Assembly (NCBI GenBank): GCA_964621445.1
Contig: CAZUNO010000005.1
Location: 89,338-153,337, forward strand
DNA: 64,000 nt
Reading direction: 5' to 3'
DNA from: Candidatus Hadarchaeota archaeon
GTDB taxonomy: Archaea > CAYQAE01 > CAYVLA01
Shown here: piece by piece, positions 38,973 through 48,723 of the stretch
Numbering within the stretch: the stretch's first letter is position 1
Layout: every line of letters begins with the position of its first letter
The notes under the pieces: generated by a model
Seen by the model: only the letters and a program-made list of their open reading frames with translations
What the model was told of the DNA's origin: nothing
Database searches by the model: none
Translations under genes and position numbers: made by a program

Positions 38973-40375
38973 TGGAGCACAAAGCCCTTTTATCCGAGAT
39001 ACGGGAACTGATAAGGCCCTCCGAGGATACCAGGAGGAGAATTAGGGAAATAACAGGCAGGATCAAGGAGGGAATCTCCCGCAAGGCCCATGGCATATGT
39101 CCCCAATGCCGGGTGGAGGTAGAGGGATCTGTTGCAAAGGGCACCTTTCTTGAAGGACAACACGACATCGACATATTCGTCTTCTTCCCGCCCTGTACCC
39201 CGAGGAAGGACCTCGAGGAGCTGATCCTGGACCTGGGAAAGGAATGGGCGGAGGACCAGGGACTAGAATATGAGATAGCATATGCGGAACACCCCTATGT
39301 TACGGTTAAATTCGCCCTTGACAAGGATACCTGTGAGGTGGACATCGTTGGTGCATATGATGTTGATTCCACCCGGGATATGAAGTCCGCCGTGGACCGG
39401 ACCAAGTTCCATACCCAATATGTCAGGCAGAACCTCGACCCACAGCTGAGGGACCAGGTTCTCCTGACCAAGCAGTTCATGTCGGGAATCGGGACCTATG
39501 GATCGGAGATTAGGATAGGAGGCTTTTCCGGTCTCCTTTGTGAGGTCCTGATAATAGCCCACGGCTCATTCCTGAATCTTCTAAGGGCGGCTGCGAACTG
39601 GGAAAAAGGACACATCATAGATGTGGAAAACCTAGGCGGGGAACACCCCGATTTCCGGGAACCCCTGGTGGTAATTGACCCCACTGATGGACAGCGCAAT
39701 GCCGCTGCTGCGGTTACCGAGCAGAAATTTAGCCTGTTTATCCACGCGGCCAGAAGCTTCATCAAACGGCCGAGGAGGACCTTCTTCCTGCCCCGGGAAA
39801 TTGAGCCGATGGGCAAGGATGAACTGTTGAAGAAGATCCAGGATAGAGGAACCCAGCTGGTAATCTTCAGGTTCAAAAGGCCGGAGGTCATAGATGACAT
39901 CATCTTCCCCCAGGTAGGCAGGCTGGTAAGCTCCATGAGTCGACGACTGGCGGACCACGGATTTACCTTGGTAGGACCATCCACCGATCTGGTTCGCCAG
40001 GAGGGGGATCAGATTAACGTTCTCTTTGAACTGGGTGTACACTCGCTACCCAGGATCGAGAAAAGGTATGGACCACGCATAGACCGTGCCGAGGACTGTG
40101 AAAAATTTCTGGAAAAACATCGGGAGAGCCATCCCTACATCGAGGGGGATAAGTGGTGTGTGGACACCGAAAGAAAATTCTGGGAAGCCAACTCCCTGAT
40201 CTGGCATGTGCTGTCAAATAACCCCCAGGGCATCATTCCCAACTACGTGGCCGGAGGTATGGAAAAGGGGTGGAGCCTGGCCAGGGACGAGAAAGCCATT
40301 GATAGCGCCGGTCCACGGGTGAGGGAGATGTTAACCCAACACTTCCGCCGTGTATTGCCATGGGAAGCAACCTGA
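38972..40375 (+). CDS. cca: CCA-adding enzyme, class I
   Basis: GSVAKGT, DIDIF, YAEHPY, SAVDRT, GFSG motifs. Confidence 0.95.
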   Translation: MEHKALLSEIRELIRPSEDTRRRIREITGRIKEGISRKAHGICPQCRVEVEGSVAKGTFLEGQHDIDIFVFFPPCTPRKDLEELILDLGKEWAEDQGLEYEIAYAEHPYVTVKFALDKDTCEVDIVGAYDVDSTRDMKSAVDRTKFHTQYVRQNLDPQLRDQVLLTKQFMSGIGTYGSEIRIGGFSGLLCEVLIIAHGSFLNLLRAAANWEKGHIIDVENLGGEHPDFREPLVVIDPTDGQRNAAAAVTEQKFSLFIHAARSFIKRPRRTFFLPREIEPMGKDELLKKIQDRGTQLVIFRFKRPEVIDDIIFPQVGRLVSSMSRRLADHGFTLVGPSTDLVRQEGDQINVLFELGVHSLPRIEKRYGPRIDRAEDCEKFLEKHRESHPYIEGDKWCVDTERKFWEANSLIWHVLSNNPQGIIPNYVAGGMEKGWSLARDEKAIDSAGPRVREMLTQHFRRVLPWEAT

Positions 40376-40407
40376 GGCCCTTATGATAATTTCGGGGTAC
40401 CATCGAA

Positions 40408-40420
40408 ACTTTTATAAGTT
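40408..40420 (+). promoter_or_regulatory. TATA box of the nrdD transcription unit
   Basis: cgaaacttttataagtt, BRE/TATA-like, ~210 nt upstream of the nrdD start. Confidence 0.5.
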
Positions 40421-40439
40421 AGTTATCACTAAATACAGG

Positions 40440-40630
40440 TCACCGTTTTCCTCTCAGCGGTGAAACCGAAATGCGATCAATAGCCTTGGTTCTGGATTCG
40501 GGAAGCATGTACCCCTTTCGGTCCAGTATCAGTCCTAAGACCATTTCGTTCGCCAGGGATATGACCCGGAAGACCGGGGACCCAACGGAGGAAGACGACC
40601 GTAAGCCACTCATCCAAATGAAAGGGCTTG
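40440..40630 (+). ncRNA. Candidate structured 5' leader RNA of nrdD
   Basis: Consecutive stems: tcaccgt/gcggtga, cgaaatg/catttcg enclosing ctgga/tccag, ccgg/ccgg, acgg/ccgt, aagcc/ggctt. Confidence 0.35.
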
Positions 40631-42742
40631 TCAGAGGTTATAGAATTGTTGATAAAGAAACGTGACGGCAGGAAAGAGGAATTTAAACCATCAAGAATCG
40701 AGGCCGCGGTTTTCAAGGCCTTCTCTGCTACCGGGGAGGGAACGAAAAAGGACGCTAAGAAAGTCACCGCTGAGGTCGTCGAACGGGCCGACCAGGAAAA
40801 CGGGGTTCCAACCGTCGAAGGGATACAGGATCGTGTCGAGGAAACGCTGATGAGGATGGGCTACTTCCGAACTTCGAAGGCCTATATAATCTATCGTCAG
40901 CAGCACACCGATCTCAGAGATGTGAAACGCATCGTGGAGGACCCCCAGGTTATTGAGTCCTACCTTAATCGCAGCGACTGGAAGGTCAAAGAGAACTCCA
41001 ACATGACCTACTCCCTTCAGGGCCTGAACTGCTACCTTTCATCAAAGGTGGTCTCCAATTATTGGCTCAGGAAGATCTATCCGCCGGGGATAAGGGAACA
41101 CCACCTGGCGGCGGATTTCCATCTTCATGACCTTGGTACCCTGGGCCCATATTGCGTGGGATGGGACATAAAGGACGTGCTCCTGCGCGGCTTCAGTGGC
41201 GTGCCGGGCAAAGTAACCTGCACACCGGCCAAGCATTTCAAGGTGGCACTGGGCCAGGTAGTCAACTTCCTGTACACCCTGCAGGGGGAGGCCGCCGGAG
41301 CCCAGGCCTTCAGCAACGTGGATACCTACCTGGCACCTTTCATACGCTATGATGGCCTGAGCTATAAACAGGTTCAACAGGCCATGCAGGAGTTCATATA
41401 CAACTTGAACGTGCCCACCAGGGTTGGTTTCCAGACGCCTTTCGTCAACTTCACCCTGGATCTCAAACCACCCTCCTTCGCCAAGGACGAGCCCGCCATT
41501 GTCGGGGGCCAGGCCAAGAATGAGCCAATCGGCGATTTCCAGGATGAGATGGACATGTTCAACCGGGCCTTTGGCGAGGTAATGACCGCCGGAGATGGAG
41601 ATGGAAGACCATTCACCTTCCCCATACCTACCATAAATATCACCAAGGATTTTGATTGGGATAATGAGAACTACTGGCCCCTGTGGCAGATGACTTCCAG
41701 GTACGGGATACCCTACTTCTCCAATTTCGTGAACTCCGATATGAGCCCTGACGATGTAAGGAGCATGTGTTGTAGGCTCCGGCTGGACAAGCGGGAGCTC
41801 CAGAAGAGAGGAGGCGGGCTATTTGGCGCCAACCCGCTTACCGGATCCATCGGGGTCGTCACCTTGAACCTACCCAGGCTTGGATACCTCTCCGGGGACG
41901 AGAACGAATTCTACGAGAGGCTGGATGAGCTGATGGATAAGGCAAAGGATTCCCTGGAGATAAAGAGAAACGTCATAAACAACTTCACCGATAACGGTCT
42001 CTATCCCTACTCCAAGGTCTATCTCCAAGGTATCAAGGAAAGATACGATAGCTATTGGCAGAATCACTTCTCGACCATCGGCATAATCGGGATGAATGAA
42101 TGTCTGAGGAACCTGATCAACACCTCGTTGGTCACCACCGAGGGACGGGACTTCGCCCTGGATGTCATGGACCACATGAGAGAAAGGATATCACAATATC
42201 AGGAGGAAACCGGAGACATATTCAACCTTGAAGCGACCCCTGCAGAGGGGGCTAGCCATCGCTTGGCGAGAATAGACAATGCCGAGTTCCCGGATATAGT
42301 GACCGCCAACCGCGGCGGTGGAGAGTTCTATACCAATTCAACCCACCTGCCAGTGGACTACACGGGTAACCTTTTCGAGGCTCTGAGCCTCCAGGACGAT
42401 CTCCAATGCAAATACACCGGTGGCACCGTTTTCCACGTCTTCCTCGGGGAAAGTGGACCTCACCCGGAGTCCCTGAAGAGATTGGTGGACAAGGTGACGA
42501 GCTCGTTCTCCCTCCCGTACTTCACCATAACGCCTACATTCAGCGTGTGCCAGGAACATGGGTATATGGCCGGAGAGCACCAAGAGTGCCCCAAGTGCCA
42601 CAGGAGCTGTGAGGTATATTCCAGATCGGTTGGGTACCTGAGACCGGTATCGCAATGGAATGAGGGCAAGTCATCGGAATTCTTCCAGCGACGGACCTTT
42701 GACCGCAAGGCCGAGAAGCCGGTGGCCAAAGTAGTGGCCTAA
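40628..42742 (+). CDS. nrdD: Anaerobic ribonucleoside-triphosphate reductase (class III) with ATP cone
   Basis: KKRDG ATP cone, HLHDL, PYC, RSMCCRL finger loop, EATPAEG, YTNSTH, CxxH-CxxC, glycyl motif YSRSVGYL. Confidence 0.96.
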   Translation: MSEVIELLIKKRDGRKEEFKPSRIEAAVFKAFSATGEGTKKDAKKVTAEVVERADQENGVPTVEGIQDRVEETLMRMGYFRTSKAYIIYRQQHTDLRDVKRIVEDPQVIESYLNRSDWKVKENSNMTYSLQGLNCYLSSKVVSNYWLRKIYPPGIREHHLAADFHLHDLGTLGPYCVGWDIKDVLLRGFSGVPGKVTCTPAKHFKVALGQVVNFLYTLQGEAAGAQAFSNVDTYLAPFIRYDGLSYKQVQQAMQEFIYNLNVPTRVGFQTPFVNFTLDLKPPSFAKDEPAIVGGQAKNEPIGDFQDEMDMFNRAFGEVMTAGDGDGRPFTFPIPTINITKDFDWDNENYWPLWQMTSRYGIPYFSNFVNSDMSPDDVRSMCCRLRLDKRELQKRGGGLFGANPLTGSIGVVTLNLPRLGYLSGDENEFYERLDELMDKAKDSLEIKRNVINNFTDNGLYPYSKVYLQGIKERYDSYWQNHFSTIGIIGMNECLRNLINTSLVTTEGRDFALDVMDHMRERISQYQEETGDIFNLEATPAEGASHRLARIDNAEFPDIVTANRGGGEFYTNSTHLPVDYTGNLFEALSLQDDLQCKYTGGTVFHVFLGESGPHPESLKRLVDKVTSSFSLPYFTITPTFSVCQEHGYMAGEHQECPKCHRSCEVYSRSVGYLRPVSQWNEGKSSEFFQRRTFDRKAEKPVAKVVA

Positions 42743-42802
42743 AAGAAAAAAAGGCAACGGTAATGGGCCCATTTAAGAGGACATGGGAGCACCCATTACC
42801 AC

Positions 42803-43240
42803 ATGCCCCCGAGCCGCAGGGTCGTCATCCTTTGCATCTCAATGGTGGTTTTGTCAGCCGGCTGCCTTAACTCCAGTTCCCCGGGGAACGAGACAAATCA
42901 GACGCCGGGAGGGGAGCAGACAGAGGATCCGGGTAAGCCGATCTATTACTTCTTCTATTCGAATGGGTGTGGTGCTTGCGACCAGATGAAGGATACCACG
43001 TTGTCAAATCAAACGATCCTCCAGGCCCTTGAAAAGAACTACACCTTCAAGAGTCTGAACACAGGAAAGAATAGGCAACTAGCCGCTAGGTACGGGGTCA
43101 GGTACGTACCAACCAATGTTTTTGCCTATCCAAATGGGACGGTTATAGGAACTAAGGTTGGGGCCGTTGATCCTAATACATTCATGGAGATGCTGAGAGT
43201 TGTCAGCGAATTCTACGTTGAGAACCCTCCTCTATCCTAG
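42803..43240 (+). CDS. Thioredoxin-fold lipoprotein
   Basis: Lipobox LSAGC, CGAC redox motif, cis-Pro motif VPT. Confidence 0.85.
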   Translation: MPPSRRVVILCISMVVLSAGCLNSSSPGNETNQTPGGEQTEDPGKPIYYFFYSNGCGACDQMKDTTLSNQTILQALEKNYTFKSLNTGKNRQLAARYGVRYVPTNVFAYPNGTVIGTKVGAVDPNTFMEMLRVVSEFYVENPPLS

Positions 43241-44329
43241 TTAAGACAGGCTTTCCCAGTAGGGGGTAAGGAGTTCCTTCAGGTCCTTCGCCACCTGCTC
43301 GGTGGACTCGAGTCTTTCCTGGTCATCAACCTCGTCCGGTACCTCCTCGTCCGGTACATCCCTATCCATGCCAAGGGTCCCGGTCATCATTGATAGCCAG
43401 CAGCTGGGAATGGATTTCACGTCGTACCCGCTTCCCATTATATCAAGGTATTCGGCGCCCAGCTCGCGGCGTAGATCCCGAATCCAACCCCCCAGGGTGT
43501 GGAAGTCCCTCTTCTTGAGGCCAAGATAGGTCGGATACCCAAGATTGGTGAGGTCATTCACATAGGGGTCCGATCCGCCGTTCCTGATGATGATTTCGGG
43601 TGAGAATTCCCGGGCCGCTGGTTTCAGAATTTGGTCCCTAAATATCTGGTAGCATTCAATTCCCGCGAACGGTGGCATTGGGAAATTTATGCAAAACCCC
43701 TCCCCGTCCCCCTTTCCAATCTCATTCTTGAAACCCCGCCCGGGATAAAAGTCGGTAGGATCATGATGAACGGAGACCGTAAGGACCGAGGGATCGTCAT
43801 AAAAGATATCCATGGTTCCATCCCCCGCATGGGCATCGGTATCCAGAATCATTACCTTTCCCCTGAACACATTCCTGGCGTGGCGGGCCGCGGCGGCCAC
43901 ATCATTCAGAACGCAGAACCCTCCACCTCTAGAGGGCCCTGCATGATGGAGCCCCCCAAAGGTATATACCGGGTTTTCCCTTTCCCTGGCCAGTTCCACG
44001 CCCATCATTGCTCCCCCAACGATCAGCTTGTTGGCCTCCAACATCTCCCTCTTTACCTGGGTGTCAGGGGTGAGATAGGTCGTAAAAGATCCCGGGACCT
44101 CGTTGGCCAACTCCTCCACGTAATCCAGATACTCCTTGGTGTGAACCAACATCAGATCCTCACGAGAGGCCTTCTTGGGTTTCATGACCTCGTATGAATC
44201 TGCGGGCAGCTCCGATGATAGGTAATCGTAGAAGTCCCGAAATCTCCGGCCGGAAAATGAATAACTTGGAGGCACATCGTATTTCGTGAAACCGTCATCG
44301 TATATTAGCAGGAAAATGATGTCCTTCAC
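43241..44329 (-). CDS. Zn-dependent histone deacetylase/AcuC family protein
   Basis: LVHTKEY, GGLHHA, GFCVLND, DTDAHAGDG, GSD, GSGY; probable GTG start overlapping the upstream stop (track ORF extends to 44506). Confidence 0.9.
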   Translation of the reverse strand: MKDIIFLLIYDDGFTKYDVPPSYSFSGRRFRDFYDYLSSELPADSYEVMKPKKASREDLMLVHTKEYLDYVEELANEVPGSFTTYLTPDTQVKREMLEANKLIVGGAMMGVELARERENPVYTFGGLHHAGPSRGGGFCVLNDVAAAARHARNVFRGKVMILDTDAHAGDGTMDIFYDDPSVLTVSVHHDPTDFYPGRGFKNEIGKGDGEGFCINFPMPPFAGIECYQIFRDQILKPAAREFSPEIIIRNGGSDPYVNDLTNLGYPTYLGLKKRDFHTLGGWIRDLRRELGAEYLDIMGSGYDVKSIPSCWLSMMTGTLGMDRDVPDEEVPDEVDDQERLESTEQVAKDLKELLTPYWESLS

Positions 44330-46101
44330 AGCGTCCAACCTCGCAGGATTATGAATATCAGGAAGCAGAGGGCTATAACACCTATCATGAGCACGGCGGT
44401 GAATCCCTTTCCCATGGAGATCATGGAATTCAAAGTAGTTACTATCTCCGAGATCTTTCCGGGGCCAAACACGCTGATGTCCTCTATCATCCTCATATCC
44501 AGACATACTTCCGCGTCATCCAGATTATCCAAGGCCTCTTGGGTGGCCGACACCACATCGGAAATCAGGCCTTCCACCGAAATCCCCACCGGATTGAAGC
44601 CTCCCCGCACTAGATTCACAGAGTGATTATCGGAGGTCATCACCTCGCACTCGTCAACCAGGGAGGAGAGCCTGCTCATGATCTGTTCTCTCAGCCCGGC
44701 CTCAAGATTATTTCCATCTACAACCACGTATGCTACCTTCTGGTCCTCTATCTGCATTACACATACCCGGATGCCCAGAGGGCCTATCGCCTCATCCTCC
44801 CTTTCACTGATGCCAAAACCCACCTTAACGGGATAGGTTGGAGACCGCGAGAGCTTCCTGGCTAAAATGGATACCCCCTCAATAAGGTCATAGCCCGAAG
44901 GGTCACCGGCGTGGTAGGATTTGGCGGTCTCCGTGAAGCAGTTATGGGCGTCCACAAAGGCCACATCTTGGGCTCCCGCTTCCCTTCCAGCATGCATCAC
45001 CGCCAGTCCTAGACCCAGATCTATATCCTCGGTTGGCTTGGGAGAGAAACTGTTTATGGCTAATAGACGCCCGCCAATCATCTGACCACAAACCTTCGCA
45101 TCACCCACCTCTACCCTGGCAAACTTCGTTGCTTCAACCCCGGTTGTCCGGCCGCTGTCAAGGACCTTCTTTGCAACCTGGGCCAGCTTCGAGGTTTCCT
45201 CGGCAGAGGTGGGGTTCAAATCGTGGGTCGAAGGACCATGGACCACCATGAGGCACTTCATCTCCGATGATAGGGCATCATCCAGGATCCTGGTAACGTT
45301 TGAGGCTCCGAGATTTCCAAGGGGACCAGGATGCACGTAGGGAATTAGCATCATGCCCTTGACATCCCCGTCATCTGTCTCCCTGAAAATCAGATGCCCT
45401 GAAGGCACGGTAACCGTTTCCCCTATGGTCTTGAAGAACCGTTCCATGGACAGGGAGTTACTAGTGATATGCTCGAAAAAGGAACTGATGAGATCAAATA
45501 TGCTGAACCCGTAGGCATGCCTAAATGGAGCCTCGATTACCTTCATGTATGTGAATACCGCCCCGATTATGACCCCAAAAACGGCCAATACTACAATGGG
45601 ATTAAAGGTCTCGGGGAGAGGATACAAACCAGGCATGAACCTATCAAGGGCCATTAGAACCGAGATTTGCAGAAGGGGTTGTGTACTGGCTGGTATGACG
45701 CAGATGATCCTATTTATGTTCGTAATTGAGAGAATGGCGAAGTAACTAAGGGCGAATGCCAGTGCCTGTCCAAATATGAGGGAATCAAGGAGCAACATAC
45801 CATTCTCTGGCATGAAAACATATGGTAGGAAGAAGAAAGCGGAGATGATCAGCATGGAGATGAGTGAAAGGAACATGGACCTCCTTATCAGAAAGCTCTT
45901 GCTCCAGGGTCTGGTAACCGAAGTGGCCAATAGGGAGGAGAGAAGCGCGGGCAGCCCGAATACTAGGAAACCGGTTATCATCTGCCCTTCAAGGAAGAAC
46001 CCTAGTCCCAGCGAAATGAGACCTATGGCGATTGCACTGGCATAATAGCGAGGAACGCTGAAGATATATTTAGTGAGGGACCGTAATCTCGTAACATCCA
46101 T
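44326..46101 (-). CDS. DUF2070 family membrane protein
   Basis: N-terminal TM bundle, HPGP, HGPSTHDLNP, DAHN, DGNN, TSDNH; likely ATG at 46101. Confidence 0.85.
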   Translation of the reverse strand: MDVTRLRSLTKYIFSVPRYYASAIAIGLISLGLGFFLEGQMITGFLVFGLPALLSSLLATSVTRPWSKSFLIRRSMFLSLISMLIISAFFFLPYVFMPENGMLLLDSLIFGQALAFALSYFAILSITNINRIICVIPASTQPLLQISVLMALDRFMPGLYPLPETFNPIVVLAVFGVIIGAVFTYMKVIEAPFRHAYGFSIFDLISSFFEHITSNSLSMERFFKTIGETVTVPSGHLIFRETDDGDVKGMMLIPYVHPGPLGNLGASNVTRILDDALSSEMKCLMVVHGPSTHDLNPTSAEETSKLAQVAKKVLDSGRTTGVEATKFARVEVGDAKVCGQMIGGRLLAINSFSPKPTEDIDLGLGLAVMHAGREAGAQDVAFVDAHNCFTETAKSYHAGDPSGYDLIEGVSILARKLSRSPTYPVKVGFGISEREDEAIGPLGIRVCVMQIEDQKVAYVVVDGNNLEAGLREQIMSRLSSLVDECEVMTSDNHSVNLVRGGFNPVGISVEGLISDVVSATQEALDNLDDAEVCLDMRMIEDISVFGPGKISEIVTTLNSMISMGKGFTAVLMIGVIALCFLIFIILRGWTL

Positions 46102-46169
46102 GCTAGAGGTCCTCTTTTTCTTAGAACCCTCTTGAAAGAGATATAAATGCAATCGAATTACCAAGGGTT

Positions 46170-46688
46170 ATGGGGGAATTGACCGAGCCGGATCTTTACG
46201 TATATGACCTACGCCAGTGCGACCCCAAGAAATGCACCGGCCATAAATTGAGCAGGCATGGGTTAGTGGAACTCTCCACTCGACTAAGACACCGGTCCTT
46301 ATTACTGGACCCCTTTTCCAGGATCACGATAAGCATCGCTGACGCTGGTCTGGCGTCAAAGAACGGCATCTCTGCCCTGGATTGTTCCTGGAAGAAGGCT
46401 CAAGTAATATTTAAGAAACGAAGGAGGGCAAGATATGGACGAAGGATACCATTCCTGGTGGCAGCAAATCCCATCAACTATGGGAAGCCCTTCGAACTCA
46501 GCACCGTTGAGGCGCTGTCAGCTGCCCTGTTCATACTCGGATTCAAGCAAAAGTCAGCCGAGGTCCTGAATAAGTTCAAATGGGGTCCTCACTTCATCGA
46601 TCTCAACCGGGATCGACTCGAAATATATCATGAAGCAAAAACGCCCGAAGAGGCAGCTGAAACTGAAAATCAAATATTAGGTGAATAA
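46170..46688 (+). CDS. tsr3: 16S rRNA aminocarboxypropyltransferase Tsr3
   Basis: [35 protein letters not shown]. Confidence 0.94.
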   Translation: MGELTEPDLYVYDLRQCDPKKCTGHKLSRHGLVELSTRLRHRSLLLDPFSRITISIADAGLASKNGISALDCSWKKAQVIFKKRRRARYGRRIPFLVAANPINYGKPFELSTVEALSAALFILGFKQKSAEVLNKFKWGPHFIDLNRDRLEIYHEAKTPEEAAETENQILGE

Positions 46689-46689
46689 A

Positions 46690-46836
46690 ATGCCAAGATT
46701 CGAGGAAGCCGATGCTAGGCTCTTCAATAAGAAAATATGCATGAAATGCAACGCACGAAACCCTCCTAGAGCCCGGAAGTGCAGGAAGTGCGGCTACAAG
46801 GGGCTCCGCCCCAAAACCAAGGAGATAAGAGGTTAG
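46690..46836 (+). CDS. rpl40e: 50S ribosomal protein L40e (48 aa, not in the ORF track)
   Basis: Manual translation [48 protein letters not shown]. Confidence 0.95.
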   Translation: MPRFEEADARLFNKKICMKCNARNPPRARKCRKCGYKGLRPKTKEIRG

Positions 46837-47768
46837 CCATATACGGCGGTAATCCAGTCCAAGTGGTCCTCATTTTTGCCCATCACGGCATCGAAGTAGA
46901 TATTCTGAATATCCCTGGTTACCGGGCCGCATCGCCCGTCGCCGATACGGGTCTCACCGATACGGGTTATGGGCGTGACCTCCCCTGCCGTACCAACCAT
47001 GAAGACCTCCTCCATCCCCAGTAGCTGGGAACGCGTTAGGTCCGTCTCGGTTACCTCAATCCCTGATTCGCCGAACAGTTGTATCACGCTGTCCCTAGTT
47101 ATCCCTGGAAGTATGGAAGCCGTGAGTGGAGGGGTGAACACCTCTCCTCCCTTGACTCCGAATACGTTTTCGCCGCTACCCTCGCTCACAAAGCCCCGAG
47201 AGTCGAGGAATATCGCTTCGTCGAAACCCCTCTGAACCGCCTCCATCTTGGCAAGAACTGAATTTATGTACTGTCCACAGGCCTTGACCTCAGGTGGCAG
47301 GGCCCGGGGAGAAATACGCTCCCAGGATGTGAACATGACCTTAACTCCCTTTTCAAGGGCGTCCTCTCCCAGATAGCGACCGAAGGGCAGTGCGTATATG
47401 AATACTTGAACGGGATTGTCAAATGGATTAAGGCCGAAGGGACCGGCACCCCTGTAAACAACCGGCCGTATATAACAGGTGTCCCTTATCTCGTTCTTGG
47501 ATATTATGCGGGAACAGATTTCAACCAGCTGCTTCCAGGTGTATGGAATCTCCATCCCATAGACCTTGGATGAGTAGAAGAGCCTGGATATGTGGTCATC
47601 AACCCTGAACAGGAAAACATTCTCCTCATCTTCGTTCCAGTACCCCCTTATGCCCTCGAAGACCCCGGTCCCATAATGAAGAGCATGGGTCGTAACGTGC
47701 ACGTTTGACTCACTCCAAGGGACGAATTCTCCATCCATCCAGACATATTTGGCCTTCATCTCCTCCAC
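46833..47768 (-). CDS. ilvE: Branched-chain amino acid aminotransferase
   Basis: [35 protein letters not shown]. Confidence 0.95.
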   Translation of the reverse strand: MEEMKAKYVWMDGEFVPWSESNVHVTTHALHYGTGVFEGIRGYWNEDEENVFLFRVDDHISRLFYSSKVYGMEIPYTWKQLVEICSRIISKNEIRDTCYIRPVVYRGAGPFGLNPFDNPVQVFIYALPFGRYLGEDALEKGVKVMFTSWERISPRALPPEVKACGQYINSVLAKMEAVQRGFDEAIFLDSRGFVSEGSGENVFGVKGGEVFTPPLTASILPGITRDSVIQLFGESGIEVTETDLTRSQLLGMEEVFMVGTAGEVTPITRIGETRIGDGRCGPVTRDIQNIYFDAVMGKNEDHLDWITAVYG

Positions 47769-47834
47769 GAGAACAACTCCTTAAACGAGATGAGACATTT
47801 TTCAAAGTGCTTTTTTATCTTACCCAATAGTAGT

Positions 47835-47921
47835 GCTCCAGTAGTGTAGCGGCCAATCGGAACGGGCTATGCATCAAGGACTCTCGATCCTTGGTCCCGG
47901 GTTCAAATCCCGGCTGGAGCA
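47835..47921 (+). tRNA. tRNA-Glu(CTC) with a 14-nt D-loop intron (47857-47870)
   Basis: Acceptor GCTCCAG/CTGGAGC+A, anticodon arm AAGGA-CTCTCGA-TCCTT, T arm CCGGG-TTCAAAT-CCCGG; extra sequence in the D-loop; CCA not encoded. Confidence 0.93.
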
Positions 47922-48113
47922 TCTCTTTTTCCCAAGTCTAAAAACGGTCAGGGGCAGGAAAATCGCATCACGGCTTGAGGGGAGGCCGGACCCCCTATTC
48001 TCCACTTGCGATATCCCTTTTTCAAAATTTCCAAAAATGCACCAGTTAAGGTTTTCCTTTACTTCAGAGTAGAAGTTCCATCTCACGGGACATACGACCC
48101 GAGGGGTGAACCT

Positions 48114-48719
48114 ATGAAAATCAAGATTCTTATTCTGTTGCTGGTCCTCACAACGGGCCTCCAGCAGGGGCTCTGTTACGACCAGATATTCGGCAGCCCC
48201 AGCTACTCCTATTCACAGGTACTGAGCAGATGGGGAAATGTTGCCACCATATCGAATTCCCAGAAAGGCGAACTCCACCAAGCTGCGTATGCGGCGGTGA
48301 GCGGAGGTGCCCACATCCGTGGTTGGCTACACAGGAGCTTCGTCTGGAACGGCGATTCCGGAGCTGGAAAGGCCAGATTTGATTTCGCTCTCTGCGCCGA
48401 AATAGCCACCGGCACCTCCCACTCCAGCGTTGAGATAAGGGTGAGGGGCTTCCTACGTGATGTATCCACCGGAGGCTACCCAATACGTACCTCCCTTTAC
48501 AAGTACTATCGATCAACCCCTGGATATAGGCTCTTCCTCCACGGGGACGTAATTGATAGGGATGTTGACCTGGTTAAAGGACACAAGTACACCATTGGTT
48601 ACACGGTTGACGTCTCTGCCAACTGTTACCCGCGTTCTTACTGCCCAATGGCAGGTGCCAACATGGGGGAAAAGGGATGTTCGTTCTGGTGGCAACCCAC
48701 AGGCGTCTTTGAGGGATGA
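48114..48719 (+). CDS. Secreted beta-rich hypothetical protein
   Basis: ATG after GGGGTGA; signal peptide MKIKILILLLVLTT. Confidence 0.65.
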   Translation: MKIKILILLLVLTTGLQQGLCYDQIFGSPSYSYSQVLSRWGNVATISNSQKGELHQAAYAAVSGGAHIRGWLHRSFVWNGDSGAGKARFDFALCAEIATGTSHSSVEIRVRGFLRDVSTGGYPIRTSLYKYYRSTPGYRLFLHGDVIDRDVDLVKGHKYTIGYTVDVSANCYPRSYCPMAGANMGEKGCSFWWQPTGVFEG

Positions 48720-48723
48720 GGAA

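Noticed and set aside
38391-40375. thpR-cca pairing
   Set aside because: A common archaeal neighbourhood.
40457-40610. Cobalamin riboswitch, SRP RNA or RNase P call for the nrdD leader
   Set aside because: B12-like words (cggtgaaaccg, gggaag, ggaagacc, gccact) occur in the wrong order, and SRP helix 8 and RNase P P4 signatures are not matched; kept only as an unassigned structured leader.
23606-44329. RimI, Alba and HDAC as an acetylation system
   Set aside because: Separate transcription units spread over 20 kb; all are common archaeal genes.
44330-44506. Long apparent overlap of the HDAC ORF with DUF2070
   Set aside because: Start-site artefact; a GTG at 44329 coupled to the upstream stop is more plausible.
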